From Felis catus (Eukaryota): a stretch of 64,000 nucleotides of DNA. Positions 50,696 to 63,874 of this stretch are shown here, one piece after another. Under the pieces are notes generated by a model. It was not told the DNA's origin. It made no database searches and saw nothing but the letters and a program-made list of their open reading frames with translations. The position numbers and the translations under genes were made by a program. Position 1 is the first letter of the stretch, and every line of letters starts with the position of its first letter. The stretch is taken from the NCBI RefSeq assembly GCF_018350175.1, contig NC_058368.1:182220001-182284000 (forward strand). Reading direction: 5' to 3'.

Positions 50696-50811
50696 GAGTT
50701 TCTTTCATAATTAAAAAAAAAGTTAAATACATCAGTCTTTATTTTCTTTTTAAAATTGGTGTTTAGTATTCTTCCTCTCCACCCCTACACTTTCTTTTTT
50801 TTTTTTTTTAA

Positions 50812-50910
50812 TGTTGCAAAAGCATCAGCTGAAAAGAAGTTACAAAGACACATGGGAACATCTGCTCTCAGAAGCCACTTGAAAAATAAGTATGCCACAG
50901 AATGGAGAAA
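50812..50910 (+). pseudogene. Fossil BED zinc-finger coding fragment, probably from a hAT transposase
   Basis: C-C-K-S-I-S-*(TGA, possibly from CGA), then a frameshift into KKLQRHMGTSALRSHLKNKY(TAT, possibly from CAT)ATEW; fits the BED pattern ISRG..GTSxLxxHLxxxH. Confidence 0.5.
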
Positions 50911-53900
50911 ACATCTGTGCAGTGTTCATGAGATTATTAGTAGTGCTGTTGCAAAGTAGCAGAGAGAAATAATACACACACACACACATACATACATACA
51001 CCCCAAAATCTGGAAATGAGTCTTAGCAAGAGATGATGGAATATCCAGTTGAAGACCACAGTGCTTCCTCAAACTTATAACTGTTTCTTCAAAAGGCGAA
51101 GACATGGTTTGCTCATCAATTTGTACTTCTGAATCAAAAATATTCACAACTGTAATGTCAGCTGATTATTCCAAATGAATTATAAGTTTCAAAATGCCAA
51201 CATATTATCTCAAATGGTACAAATAATTGTATAATGAAGAATAATGAATTTTATAGAGATTCCAGGCAGCTGCCTATTACTGTAATAGAAAAAGCTAAAT
51301 TCACATTAGAATACTTGAGTTCTGTACTTGGATTGATATTTTATTGGCTGCTTTAAAATGAGATATTTTTTATTTGTTTTATTGAATTTTATTAAGTTTA
51401 GTAAGTCTGTGCCTCTTATATCTTAATCAAGATTTCATCTACATAAGGAGAGCTACTGTTCAGACCTGGCCTTGCTCAAACTATGGCACTCTTAGAGACT
51501 ACAACAAACATTTAGTCTACAAATAAAGTCCAGTCCTCATAGAAGATAAAATTAAAAATGTCACTTGCCTTTCTCTCCCCCAAACAACAAACGATATAGA
51601 CTGTTCACTAACATATTAAGATATGTTATCTTAAACAAACCAGACTAGGATTTTACAGCCTTCACAGATCCAAAAATCTGCTTAATTGGCTTTGTCACAG
51701 ATTTGCTTAAAATTCCAGGAAATTTATGAAACTGGGGTATTTTCTGTTACTCACTTTTGCACTTGTGAGGGCTCCAAGACCCTAGTATAATTTGTTCAGG
51801 GCATTCATCTTCAGCTCACTATATGGTCTAGAATTTACCTGAAATGTGTGGATTAAAACTACCAACTGCCAACAGAGTTTCAAGAGAGCAGTGAGCCTAA
51901 TACTGTTTTTTTTTTTATAAAATATATGGTGAGAACAGGACATTTAGAACTGGGAGACATGATCATTATCTAATCCAGTCTTCTTAGTTTACAAATACTA
52001 TTCAAAAAGTAATTCATAAGGAAAAGAAATGTGTTCAAGGCAACACAGAAATGACTGGATTTTGTAGGTCTTTTCTCTGCCTCGTGCTAAAAGACTTTTA
52101 TATCACCTACCACTTCACTTAAAGACTTTTGATGTGTGTCTGACTTAGTTATCTTTTCTAAACTTTAATTCAGAAGTAAATGGATTCACCTTATTTTTGT
52201 TCTTTGGAAACATATTGAAAAAGAGGTGAATTTAAAGAATGATGAAGTTGCTCTCCTCAGATAAGAAAATGACTGTCCAAAGAAGAAATCGCTTTAATCT
52301 GTGTTGCCCTTCGGGGTAAAACTAGGGCCAGTGGTAGGCAGGTGGTAGTTTATCATAATGAAGAATGTTTAAACATGAACATTAAGAATGGTTTACTAAT
52401 TAATATAATTCCTTGTAAAGGAGAGAATGCTAATCCCTGGAAGTCTGTGTTCAGAGGCAAGGGGACAGATGTCAGGAATATTCTAGAGAAGATTCTAGCA
52501 CTAAGGTTGTACAAAATTACTTCTTTATTAAGGAAAAGTTCTTTATTTACTCATTTAGGGTTGAAAGTGACAAGGGTGAGCACATTGATGTAGTTAACAA
52601 CTCTCCCTCTAGGGAAAGAAAGGAGCAGCCCTTTTGGGATGATGTGTCAATAAGAATGAGAATGTGGCAGGCAGAACTTGGAAAGACCTGAAGGAACAGG
52701 GATAAATTGCATAGGCTTTTTCATACTTTACTCTGGAAAATGGGAAAGACGTTAATACATCCCTTGTCAGAGGTTTGGCTCAAATGTAATAAGAGCTAAT
52801 GGGTTCATGATTTTCCTTCAAAGCCTTGCCCTCTTGAACTGTCAAGGAGAGAGGAAGGAGACTGGTATTCATTCTCATTTGAATATTAGAGAAGTGATTC
52901 ATGTTAAGCAAGTCACTTTCCTTTATTTAGTCTGTTTTCTCATCTCAGTAGTTGATTATTTGAGAAACACTGTACTGTCCATTTTAAAATTACAAGTTTT
53001 TGGCTATAAATCTGTCTTTTTACTATCACCCAGAGTACAGCCAATGTTGAAAAATGGCTAGCACACATGTCCTTAATTCATTATAACCCTCCCCCCCCTC
53101 AACAAAAAGCCATGAAGAAATATCATTAGGACTAAGAAAAGTGAACCTTGAGAATTCTATAAAAGGAGGAAATGTCTTAGCAGAATTTCCATATTTATAT
53201 ACTCTCAGTGTTTTTACTTAAATTATTTGCAGACCATGAAATGGGGCCCCAGGGACTTCAAAGCTATATGATCAGAATGACTACATATGTTTCACTTCAT
53301 CTCAGGTCCCAGAAAGATAAATATTCTTACACAGTCTGGCACTAAAGGGTAATGAAACTATTTCCCTATGGCCTCCTGATGGGTCAGCATGCTCCTGAAA
53401 ATACTCTTTGTACAAGGTGGGAAAAAAAAAACTCGTATACGTGAAATACTTTGAGCTTTTTAGAAGAAAAATACAAAATAAATTTTAGCTGTTATTATCA
53501 TTATTATCGCTCACTCAATCAACATAATCTGACACATTATGTCCCCTTTAGGCCCATGGAACCTCTTTTCAGAATGTTGGTTCATAAAAATTTCATATAA
53601 TAAAAAAATTCTGTGTGCCTGGAAATTCAGTGAACCCCATGTTTTATGGGAAAGCTGTTCCTTCTGATCATTAAAAAATCTATTTTTCCTTGGATGTTTG
53701 CATTTCCATCAAAAGAGCGTTCTATCAAAAACAATCCAAGTTACAGAAAAAAAGGTTAGTGGAATAGAAATAAGATCGCAGTACACGATCTGTTTCTATA
53801 AACCAATCTTGCATTTCAAAATGTCTTGCAGAGGAATTAATTTCTCTATATTCTCTTCACAGAACTGAAATTGGTCTTTTACTTTTTTTCTTTTTCTTTT

Positions 53901-55299
53901 TTTTTAACGGTATGAATCTTTTCAAGGGGTGTCATTTAAACATTGAGAGCATCAAATTCAAACATGAGGAATCCTTGCAAGGATTTCATAATGCCTTAGT
54001 TTCAATTCATTGCAAAGACTAAAATGAATTGTGTATGATTCTTCCAAAGTGGTACTTATTAGTATATTGTAAAGGAACAGAAATTTCAAAATAAGTGAGA
54101 GTCTTTCAGTTATGTAAGTCATTTCTGGGAATTAGATGCTTAGGGATACCCCTTTATCACAATGGAGTTTTTAACCTCAGCATTTCACTAAACTAGAGAA
54201 TGGCTAATACTTGTGTCTCTATTTTAACTAAGGGATGATAGAGCTTAGGTATCATCCAACTTAAAAATTCCAATTTCTTCACTATATCTTTACTATGTGT
54301 GGAAAATCAACTTCTCTAGTCACACCTTCTGGAACTTAAAAGCTGGTTCATCTAACAAAATTTCCAAATAATTAATGGTTGCATAACTGCAACCAAAGCA
54401 CTTTTTCAGGATTGGAGAAGCAGGAAAAAATAAGACATATTCTCTCATGGTCTGAAACCACAGACCCGGGAAAGAAAAACAGACATACAGAATAAGCTAT
54501 CCAGACGTCAGCTGTCCCCACATGCTGTGTCCAATTTTATTCTGTTTCAAATTCCATATAGTACTAAAACATCTTTTGGTATTTGCCAGAAAGAGTTTCT
54601 TCTCTCACCAAAAGTATAAATGAAGTCTATAGTTTTTGCTTAAAATTAGGTGGTAGAAATGGAGAAGGGGTTTAATCCCACACCTTACTCCTCAAAACTT
54701 ACAGGCCTCCATCAGATATCATGTAATCCTGACTCTTTCTGTCCCCCTGGGTGGGGTAGGGGCATTAGAAGTGAGGGTCAGTCAGGTTTTCTCTGCCTTT
54801 CCTTCAGCATAAGGCCTTCTGGGTCTGATTTCCTCAAATCTGTGTACTCCCGCTGATTTCCACCTTTCTTTACTAATTGTGCAAAATAATTCATCCCTCT
54901 CATGGCTTCTACCTTCAGACTTATGCACACACACCCATTATCAAGCTCCAAAGAGTGAAGGAATATCTATCACCCCTTAAAGCCATGTCAATCATTAAAA
55001 AACAAAAAACAAAAACAAAAGAAAACCACAAATAATTATGACAAAAGCCAAAGACACAGATATCTTACAACATAGATACAGATAAATGACTGTGAAGGCC
55101 AGAGAGAGAACCTAATTTACCTGGTGGGGTACATGTGAACACAATTTAGAAACCTGTATCACTAGCATCTGTAGCTCTCACTAGCATTATCATTTTTGAG
55201 GATGTGTCATCCTCAGTAGGGAAGAAGGTGAAGGAGATGTTATGAGTCTTTTTAGATGTTATTTATGGCAAGTTGGCACAATAAATGCAACTTCATATT

Positions 55300-55301
<2 letters not shown>

Positions 55302-55343
<42 letters not shown>

Positions 55344-55351
55344 TGTGTGTG
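55302..55351. repeat. (TG)n microsatellite
   Basis: TG run with one TA interruption. Confidence 0.95.
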
Positions 55352-55677
55352 CGCACATATCTGTATATTTGCAAGGATGTTCCAGAAAATGATAGCAGTG
55401 GTTGGCTTTGGGGAAGATATCTCAGAAACAGAGGGACAAGCCCAGTTCCTATATTGGCAGGCCCGTTGGGGGGTGGGGGAGAGTACAAATGAAGTCCACA
55501 TATTATTTGTGTACATGTTTAGAAGTTATAAATCAAGCTAACAAAATTGTTAAATAATCTATCCTCTCATTTGACAAATGTAACTCTGTAATTACAAAGT
55601 TGAAAAACAGCTACGGTTTATGACTAAAGGTAGACAAAATATCAAAGATGACTGTCTCCTTAAAGCACTCTCTACAT

Positions 55678-55812
55678 CAGAGGCTGAAAGACATTTTCTG
55701 TAAAAACACAAATTGTAAATACTTTAAGCTTTGAGGGACATTTGGTCTCTGAAGCAACCACTCAACTCTGCCTTTGTAGTGCAAACGCATCCATAGACAT
55801 TATCTAAATGTA
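55678..55812 (+). mobile_element. MER58A (hAT-Charlie MITE) fragment
   Basis: TTTTCTGTAAA...GTAAATACTTTAAGCTTTG...GGTCTCTG..GCAACCACTCAACTCTGCC..TGTAGTGCAAA. Confidence 0.85.
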
Positions 55813-56049
55813 TCCGCAGAGCCACTTACGTTGCATATTTCACAGTTTCTTTTTATTTATGAATTTTTTTAAGTTAAAGGAATAAAACTGTTTTAACAAG
55901 TGATATTGCCAAACTTAGATCTATTTAGGCTTTCTTGCAAATCTTATGCTAGCACTATTCATAATCATCAAAAAGTGTGGAGAGTGGTGATTCCATATTC
56001 ATTTCTTTCTACCGATATCCCGATAAACCATTTAAAGATATTCTGTTAT

Positions 56050-56160
56050 GGGGCTCAGTCAATTAAGCGTCTGACTCTTGATTTTGGCTCAGGTCATGAT
56101 CTCCAGGGCATGAGATCGAGCCCCCCACGTTGGTTTCTACGCTGAGTGTGGAACTTGCAT
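56050..56160 (+). mobile_element. Truncated Can-SINE without tail
   Basis: GGCTCAGTCAATTAAGCGTCTGACTCTTGATTTTGGCTCAGGTCATGATCTC. Confidence 0.85.
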
Positions 56161-56501
56161 GTTTTATGTTTTGTCTAAATAAACTGTTAATACTTTAACA
56201 TAATTTAGTTTCACCAATTGTCCAGGAGTTTCAGTAAGGTTAAATTTGAAAAATGATCCATCAGGATTTTCTATCTTATTGCTGATCCAGAAAATGTCAT
56301 ATTTACCATTTGAATTGCTTCCAAAGTTATTCACAGGTAAGGCCATGTGTCTTGGTAATCATTTAGAAGCATGTCCCATGCCTAGCACAAAGAATGGCTC
56401 TAGACATTAAGTTAAAACTCTGGATGTTATGCCTGTTTCTTAAGTGGCTATGTTAGTTCCTTTTCAAAAGCATTAGACAATATTTTTCATTTTTTTTAAA
56501 T

Positions 56502-56579
56502 TATGTTTATTTTTTTATTTTTTAAATATACTTTATTGTCAAATTGGTTTTCGTACAACACCCAGGGCTCATCCCAAAT
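56502..56579 (-). mobile_element. Tiny felid L1 3' end abutting a SINE tail
   Basis: Reverse complement matches the L1 end at 41365-41420 (TTTGGGATGAGC..TGGGTGTTGTA..AAACCAATTTG..AATAAA). Confidence 0.85.
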
Positions 56580-56580
56580 A

Positions 56581-56603
56581 ATTTTTTTAAATGTTTATTT
56601 ATT

Positions 56604-56644
<41 letters not shown>

Positions 56645-56807
56645 TAGCAGGAGAAGGGCAGAGAGAGAGGGAGACACAGAATCCAAAGTGGGCTCCAGGC
56701 TCTGAGCTGTCAGCACAGAGCCTGACGCAAGGCTTGAACTCACCAATGGTGAGATCATGACCTGAGCTGAAGTCAGACATTTAACCGACTGAGCCACCCA
56801 GGTGCCC
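56581..56807 (-). mobile_element. Can-SINE
   Basis: Complete antisense SINE; TSD GAC(A/G)ATATTTT at 56476-56486 and 56809-56819. Confidence 0.93.
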
Positions 56808-58020
56808 TGACGATATTTTAAGTCAATGCCAAAAATTAAAAATTCTCTTTTCAGAACTCTACTTAAGTCAAAACATGTACTTCTTAAGAAGAACAGGTGT
56901 CAAACCAGTGAAATTATTTCTATTTTTCTGTTTTCTTCTTTGGAAACCTCCATAATATCTATCCCTAAGGAATACTAGATATTTAACATGACTTCTCTCC
57001 ATGATAAAATCTCCTTGAATAAGGTTTATTTCTGATTAAAATTTTGTTGTATGACATATTCTCTCATTTCATTATCCATTAAGTTAATGTTCACATTTTG
57101 AATTGACTATTCTAGATCATAATATTTTTAAAATCATTTTACATGTTTGGTTATGCTAGCATTACACTTCAAAATATTTCTATTAAGTATACATATTTTT
57201 CATCATTTCCACTGATATTTACTTTGTGTAAAGTTTCCTTATGCTTGGCTAAATATTGGACATATGATATTCTTTTAACCAACCACACAGATGTTTTGTA
57301 TCAGACAAAGGTTTCCTTGTCTTTGCTAAATACTATTCATTATCCATTAAGGATTCATGCAATATATGTGTATGTATGTGTCTTCAAGTGATATTTTATA
57401 TTCTTTTAATTGAAAGCTTAAATGCTTCTAATTACAAATACAACTTTTTGTGAAAGCTAATCTTTGGCAAAATATTATGTCTTTGAAATTAGAATATAAA
57501 AGCTACTTTCTAAAGTTGTATTATTCATTTTAAATAATTTGGGGTAAAATTAAAAACTTCTCTGCCATCTGAAATCAATGGAAAATTGTAATCATTAATT
57601 TGAACTTTGTTTTTACTAGAAAACTTTCTCTGCATCACCAGAGAAATATGACGATTGTGTTCTAGAACTATCATTCCAATTTATTTGATACTCCTAGAAC
57701 ATAACTCCAGTTTATTTGACACTTCTTGTCCAATTTGATAATTTTGTAGTTATAATTTCCTTTAGCTTCTAATGTGAAGAAAGAGATACAATTCTTGCTT
57801 CTGAACTGTGAATTTCCTGTGGATAATATTTTTTTTCATTCTCATTGTACTTATAAACATTTAATTTTTACTTAGTAAAGCATAGGAAAATTCAGGTACT
57901 TACCCAACCTATTCATGATGCTCAATGGATAATTTTCTTTTCATTTACCTTGTTTTGAGCAGTAATTAAATATTTATTAAGTAAAGAATGTGTAATGTCC
58001 TTTTCATGAATTTTTGGGTT

Positions 58021-58234
58021 ATTTATTTATTTATTTGAGAGAGAAAGAGAACATGAGCAGGGACAGGGAGAGACAGAGGGAGAGAATCTTAAGCAGGCTC
58101 CGTGCTTGACACAGGGCTCAACAAGGGGCTCAATAAGGGGCTCTATGTGGCAGGGTTTGATCCCAGAACTGTGAGATCATGACCTGAGCTGAAATCAAGT
58201 TGGTCGTTGAACCAAATGAGTTGCCCAGGTGCCC
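58021..58234 (-). mobile_element. Can-SINE with an internal GGGCTCAA(C/T)AA tandem repeat
   Basis: Tail, GAGATCATGACCTGAGCTGAAATCAAG, head CCCAGGTGCCC. Confidence 0.88.
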
Positions 58235-58477
58235 TAATTCTTAGGTCATGTTTGAGAGAATCTACTTACTTTCACTTTTTAAGACTTAAAAAATTTAACT
58301 AGATTACCTCATTGGAAATTTGCCTTTCTCTTAACTTTCTGCCATTTTTTTCCCTGAGTGCCAATCTAATTTTTATTTCATCCCAATATTGACTTGTATA
58401 TAATTTCAATTGTAACTCAATTCTTCATTAAAAATTAACAAGCAAAAATAAACTGGAAATAAGAAATGCCATAATTT

Positions 58478-58687
58478 GGAGGCACTTGAGTGGCTCATTT
58501 GATTAGGTGGCAGACTTCTGATTTCAGCTCAGGTCATGATCTTATGGTTTGGGAGATCGAGCCCCATATCAGGTTCCATGCTGACAGTGCTTGGATCCTG
58601 CTTCAGATTCTCTCCCTTCCTCCCTCTGCCCCTCCCCCACTCATGCTTGCTTTCTCACAAAATAAATAAATAAGCTTTAAAGAAAAA
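58478..58687 (+). mobile_element. Can-SINE, older subfamily
   Basis: TTTCAGCTCAGGTCATGATC, (CT)-rich block, AATAAA tail; TSD CATAATTT. Confidence 0.88.
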
Positions 58688-59554
58688 TCATAATTTTAAA
58701 CAATGATAGTCAAATAAAACTGAAATACTTTTTTGAAATTTAACTTAAAGTTTTAAGATATATTTATAAAAAGAAAATATAACTTCAGCAATGTTTCTCC
58801 AGTAGATGATGCAAAACATTTGTATCAGACTTCCTTATACTTCAAATATATATTTGCATAGGTTTGTATAATATATACACATTTAATAATAATCTAAATT
58901 ATTAATAATTCAAAAATTCTTTACTTTCTATGTGTAACTGTGGTGAACACCATACTAACTTGTGAATACCTCAGGACCACAAATTAGAACAGGGGGAGAA
59001 TAAGCAATGGATATTTAGCACTACTGGGAAATAATATTTCATCATTCAGGAATCTATTACATTTATGCTGAGAGAAAGGATTTGACAAGTTAATTAATTT
59101 TTCTTTTACTTAAGTGTTTCATGCTCAAAACTTCCCTGTCCTCTGAAATAGTGTCTATTTGCAACATTAACTACAGCAAAACCCACAACCTTCAGAGCAT
59201 TTGAAGGTAATTGCCTTTTATTTCAAGACATCAGGCAGGAGACATGAACAAGTACTTCCCTGGGATCTGAACTATGAATTTAAGGGTGTTCCCTGTGCCA
59301 GCATTAAATGTCAGAACCTGAGAGTAAAAACATCTCATCATTTTAATAAACTTATTTTGTGTGTGTGTTTAAGAAACACAACTCTCGTGAAAACATGCGG
59401 AACATGATGAAGATTCGTCTTGCCCATACCTACAAGTGTTTTATTGTTGGGGGACCAGGGAGGGTATTATGGAGAATTACTTTATGTTATGTGTTCTATC
59501 CTATGAATCTTTGAACTGCATGGCTATGTATGCAAATAAAAAAAAAAAGCAGGA

Positions 59555-60031
59555 CTCATGTTGGGCTTTCCTAGAAGCAGATCCTAAAACAAGAATTATT
59601 TTTTATACAGGCTATTGAGACAGGATTGCAGGAATCATTGGCAGAGAAGTAGGAAAGTAAGACAGGAAAGGGCAGGAAGCCAATGAGTCTACTAGACAGA
59701 CGGCCACTGTGAGCAAATGGAGCGCAATCCCATGGGACACTATAGAAAACAGTGCAGAACACATGCCTCAGAGTCCTTTCTCAGAGGGACAACTGAGGAG
59801 AGCTATCCGTCAATCAGCTCCATTCACTCATTCATGGAGCACTGCTTCCCTAAAGAATTAGTGCCCTGGCACTTGCAGCCTGCCTTACATGCAGGCAGAG
59901 CTGGACTTCAGAGTACAGAGATCTTTCAGGCCAAGAGTCTTTGGTACTGATAGGTGTAACTCCAGTTCACATGCTCCAAATGTCCTGAGGGGTGGGAGGA
60001 GGTAAGCAAGGCACTGAGAGAGTGTGCTTCA
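59555..60031 (-). mobile_element. ERVL solo LTR, LTR33-like
   Basis: AGAAGCAGATCCTAAAACAAG, AAGACAGGAAAGGGCAGGAAGCCAAT, CCACTGTGAGCAAATGG, AGAACACATGCCTCAGAGT. Confidence 0.8.
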
Positions 60032-63000
60032 ATTTAGAAAACTCATATTCCTTAAAGATTAAGAAAAGAAACACTTGCATACTTAGTGAATGCCAAATTA
60101 AAAATGAAGTCAGAGTTTCTCTTATTCCAAAGGTCACATGAGTCAGATACAGCTTTTTTGTGGTGAAGTAACATGCATTAATACTTGCAAATATTAACAG
60201 CTCTTAGATCCATGCAATGTCACTGGGGCTAAACATATATATTTTTTACAAAATAAAAACAGAACTTATCATTGTACAATAAATAGGAACACTTGTGATC
60301 TTGGGTACTATTAGTGGCTATTTTTATAAATTCAGCAGTATCTTTTCAGTATGTTTCCCAACATACTCCAAGGGTCTTTATAAACACTTTGTATACATTT
60401 GCTTACAAAATCCTTTAAAACCAAATCAATGCTTTATCTTTCCCATGCCTCAGGCCAGGAAAAACCTGCAAATCTCTGATATTATACAGAAATACACCTA
60501 TTCTCAGTGGACCTAAACAGCTTCTCTCTTTCTTTTTCTCTCTCTCTTTTTTTTCTCTATCTCTCTTTTCATGAAATCTTTAAGACAGATACAGATATAT
60601 ACATATATACACATACATCTATATATATACATCTAACATCTATATTTTATTGTTATCAGAAGTATACCACCCATGTAATTACTTAATGTTTTAAAAAGAA
60701 TTGGCCTTTTTAAGAAAAGGAAATCATTTGTTTGAAAATAACTGGCTGGTTTTCTTTTAAAACACTCTCTTCAACTTTTTTTTTTTTTTAAAGAAGAAAC
60801 AGATATAGCTTGCAAACTCTAAGCATCTAGCAATAGGAAAAATAATCTGGTTGTCTCCTCACAATGCAAAATGCTTTCATTAGAAATGTAATTTACTGAA
60901 TATTTTGGCTACTCTAGAGTTTATGTTGTGTCTCTATGAGAAATGTCTCCCTTTCAATAAGATACTCTTTAAAACCTAGAAAAGAAGGAAAATGTAATGT
61001 GGGATGGACAACATCTGTTTTTTTTCCCCAAATATCTACCAGCACAGACTTCAAAATAATTTTATATATATATATGTGTATATATATATGTGTGTGTGTA
61101 TATATATATATATAATGAAAAAATAAACCATAAATATACAATTGCCACATATGAGGAATACACAAATGTGTCTGTTAACATGCAGAACAATTCTTCTCCC
61201 TTTGTGTCAGAGTACATAGTTTAGAAACAAACATGATGTCCATGCCTATTTGACATTTCTAATTTCCCTTTCATATTACCACAAGTGTCCTCAACTTGTG
61301 ATTATTCTTCTACCAACTATAATAATCCTTTGTAGCATGCTGCATGGTTACCACAGGACTATGGGGATGCTATCAACAGAGGACATGAACTCAAGAGCAC
61401 ATAAATATCAGGAGCCAATGGGGCTAAAATTTATTAATAAATGAATCCCATTCTTTAAAGCCAAATGCCGTAAATATTTTTGAGAAAACTGGATTCTAAA
61501 GTATAATTTTTCTAAGTGTTTCTGTAAGATTTATTTTGGCTTTGCTAATCATTAAAAAATATCCCCATAAAGATGTAAGAACTCACAAGTATGGTCACAA
61601 CTGATCTTTAGCTATCCAATAATCAAATCACCAGCATTAAGACAGGAAATTAAGAAATAAATAGTTCACTGGGTGATTGGTGATATTTAAGCTGAAAACA
61701 AACCACTGCAAAACAACAACTGTGATTTTTCTACTTGATCCATAGGAACTTTTCAAGGAGCATCAGCTTTAAAATTTTCTTTAAGATGCTAATACAAAGC
61801 ACAAAGTTGGATTCTGATGTTGCTGAACTTTTCTAGCGAAACATGTGCTTGCTGATTAAAAAAAAATTCCAACAGAGTAATATGGAAACCATTTTTTTTC
61901 TTTTCCTCATTGTAAATGCTAGTGCTATCACAATTGGCTTTGAGTTGTACTGGCTCACTTGATGTCCAGTTTCAAGATAATTGAGAAACATTTAGGTGAT
62001 ATCTCCCAAGGTGAAGAGATAGAGAGCCAAAAATAATCTAGCTACTCTGGCTTTTTCAGGTCCAAGAGAAATACTCTCTTCCCCACTGGATGGCAGAGCT
62101 CCCTACCTATGTCTCTACCTACATCAGCTCAGTTACCTTCCTAATGGCTCTAACTACTTCACTTTATTAATAAAACATTAACATCCACTTGAATACCTCA
62201 TAACACCCTCTAGATTCTTTTGGATGTCCATAATGCTAATTTACGTGCCTTCAATGCTTGGTTTTGAGAAAATAAAACATTTACTTTACCAAAGTCCATT
62301 TAATGCAAAAAAAAGGTTAAAAATAAATATGCTTTTGCCTCAAATAGCCAAAACACATAGGATTCCCAATTGTACCCCTTGTAAAAAAGTGCAATGAAAA
62401 TATTAAATATCTCCATTAGCTCTTTTAAGAAACAGAAGTGAAGCAGGATTCAAGCCATTACATTACTGAGAAACCAGTCCTCAAATGCTTATCAAGATGG
62501 TATTGCTCAGAGAGCTTCAATTAGATTAAAAAAGAACACAAACAAATATGGGTACTTAATTTATTAATAGCTTGATTGTTACGAGGGTTTTGAAAATGTG
62601 GGCTCTGTGGCAGAGAGACAGGCACACACAGTTCTAATTAACACCAATCACAAACGCTAATGGTAGAACCTACTGCTTAAGTAAATGAACATCCTTACCC
62701 CTGCTGCTTTGAAGAGCCTGATAGGCATGCACTTTATTGACAAAGTAAGCTAATTTACAGAGTGATTGTCCAAGAGGGAACTGCTGTTTATTTGCAGAGT
62801 TTTTCCCATTGAACTCACAGGGCAAACATTGCACTTATATTGTTAATTAAAATATCAACAGATAAAAATGTAAACATTGGGTTTTCTTCAGGGCAGAGTG
62901 ACATGTATTCATTCAGAACCAAATCCTGATGTTCTCCTGATCATTGATTTCTGGGGAATGGAGAGTCAGTTCTCTGAAAAGGTTAGGCGCCGAGCTTTAT

Positions 63001-63874
63001 TTGTAAGCAAAGAAGAATTCTTAGGGCTAAAACAACAAACACAGGGAGTAGCTGAAAACCTAAGGAGGTCTCTCCACTTTCTCTCTGCCTTCAGTGATAG
63101 CCATCTGTGGTTACCAGATGTGACCATCCTAAACCTGAAGAGTTGGAGGATGAAGTGAAAGCAGGCTGGCCATGGTGTGTTTTTCTCAAGAATCGTAGTA
63201 AAGACAAGGAGAAAAAAAGAGGCTCAGTGTCCACTTAGGTGCAAAAGAAAAATGTGTCTCAAATTTGAAACAAAAAAGCATTTGGTCTTTCCTGAAAATA
63301 TAAAAGTTAATTCTGGAAACCAAGACAGTATTACTGTGAACTTTTGAAGTAAGTGGATAAAGTACTGTTAATTTGACTAGTTTTGGTTGATTTCTCTCTT
63401 AATGCATTTTATCTTCCCTGTCTCCTAAGCCACATGACCAAGAAAGATCTTTACAATCTTGATTCTTTTCTTGAAATGAAGGTGTATCCTTGCTATTCTA
63501 AATCAAGTTTTGGATTAGTTCTGAAAATGCACCTGGTGATACAGAAAGTATCACCTTCAGTGCTTTAAAAGCAAGTACTGTTCCTGAAAAGGACCTCTCT
63601 GGGACTCACTTTCCTTTCTAAACTGCAAATCCAGAGTTGCCTTAGAAGTTGAAGAAGGGAGTAGAGGGAGTAAGAATTCAGGGTATCTCTTTCCTTGCAT
63701 CCACCAGCACTTCAGAGTTTTATCTGCATCTGGTGCTGGCACTCTCTCTGAAAGCTAGTTTGAAGAAAGGACTCCATGGCTGGGGGAAGGTAGTGGCGTG
63801 GTTGGGCAGAGGGGAAGCAGCTTTTGGACTAGAAGACTTCAAATTTCCCATCATCTATAAAATTCATACTCTGT

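Larger units (their letters stand above)
55430..58000 (-). mobile_element. Decayed hAT-Tip100 transposon (Zaphod/MER115-like) with transposase remnants; right boundary uncertain
   Basis: End GAGTACAAATGAAGTCCACATA...AAGTTATAAATCAAGCTAACAAA matches recalled MER115; minus-strand LNGLS/ISVER at 56035-56004 and KPLSDTK at 57314-57294. Confidence 0.65.

Noticed and set aside
55242..55541. Cys/Val- and His/Thr-rich ORFs
   Set aside because: Translations of the (TG)n/(CA)n microsatellite
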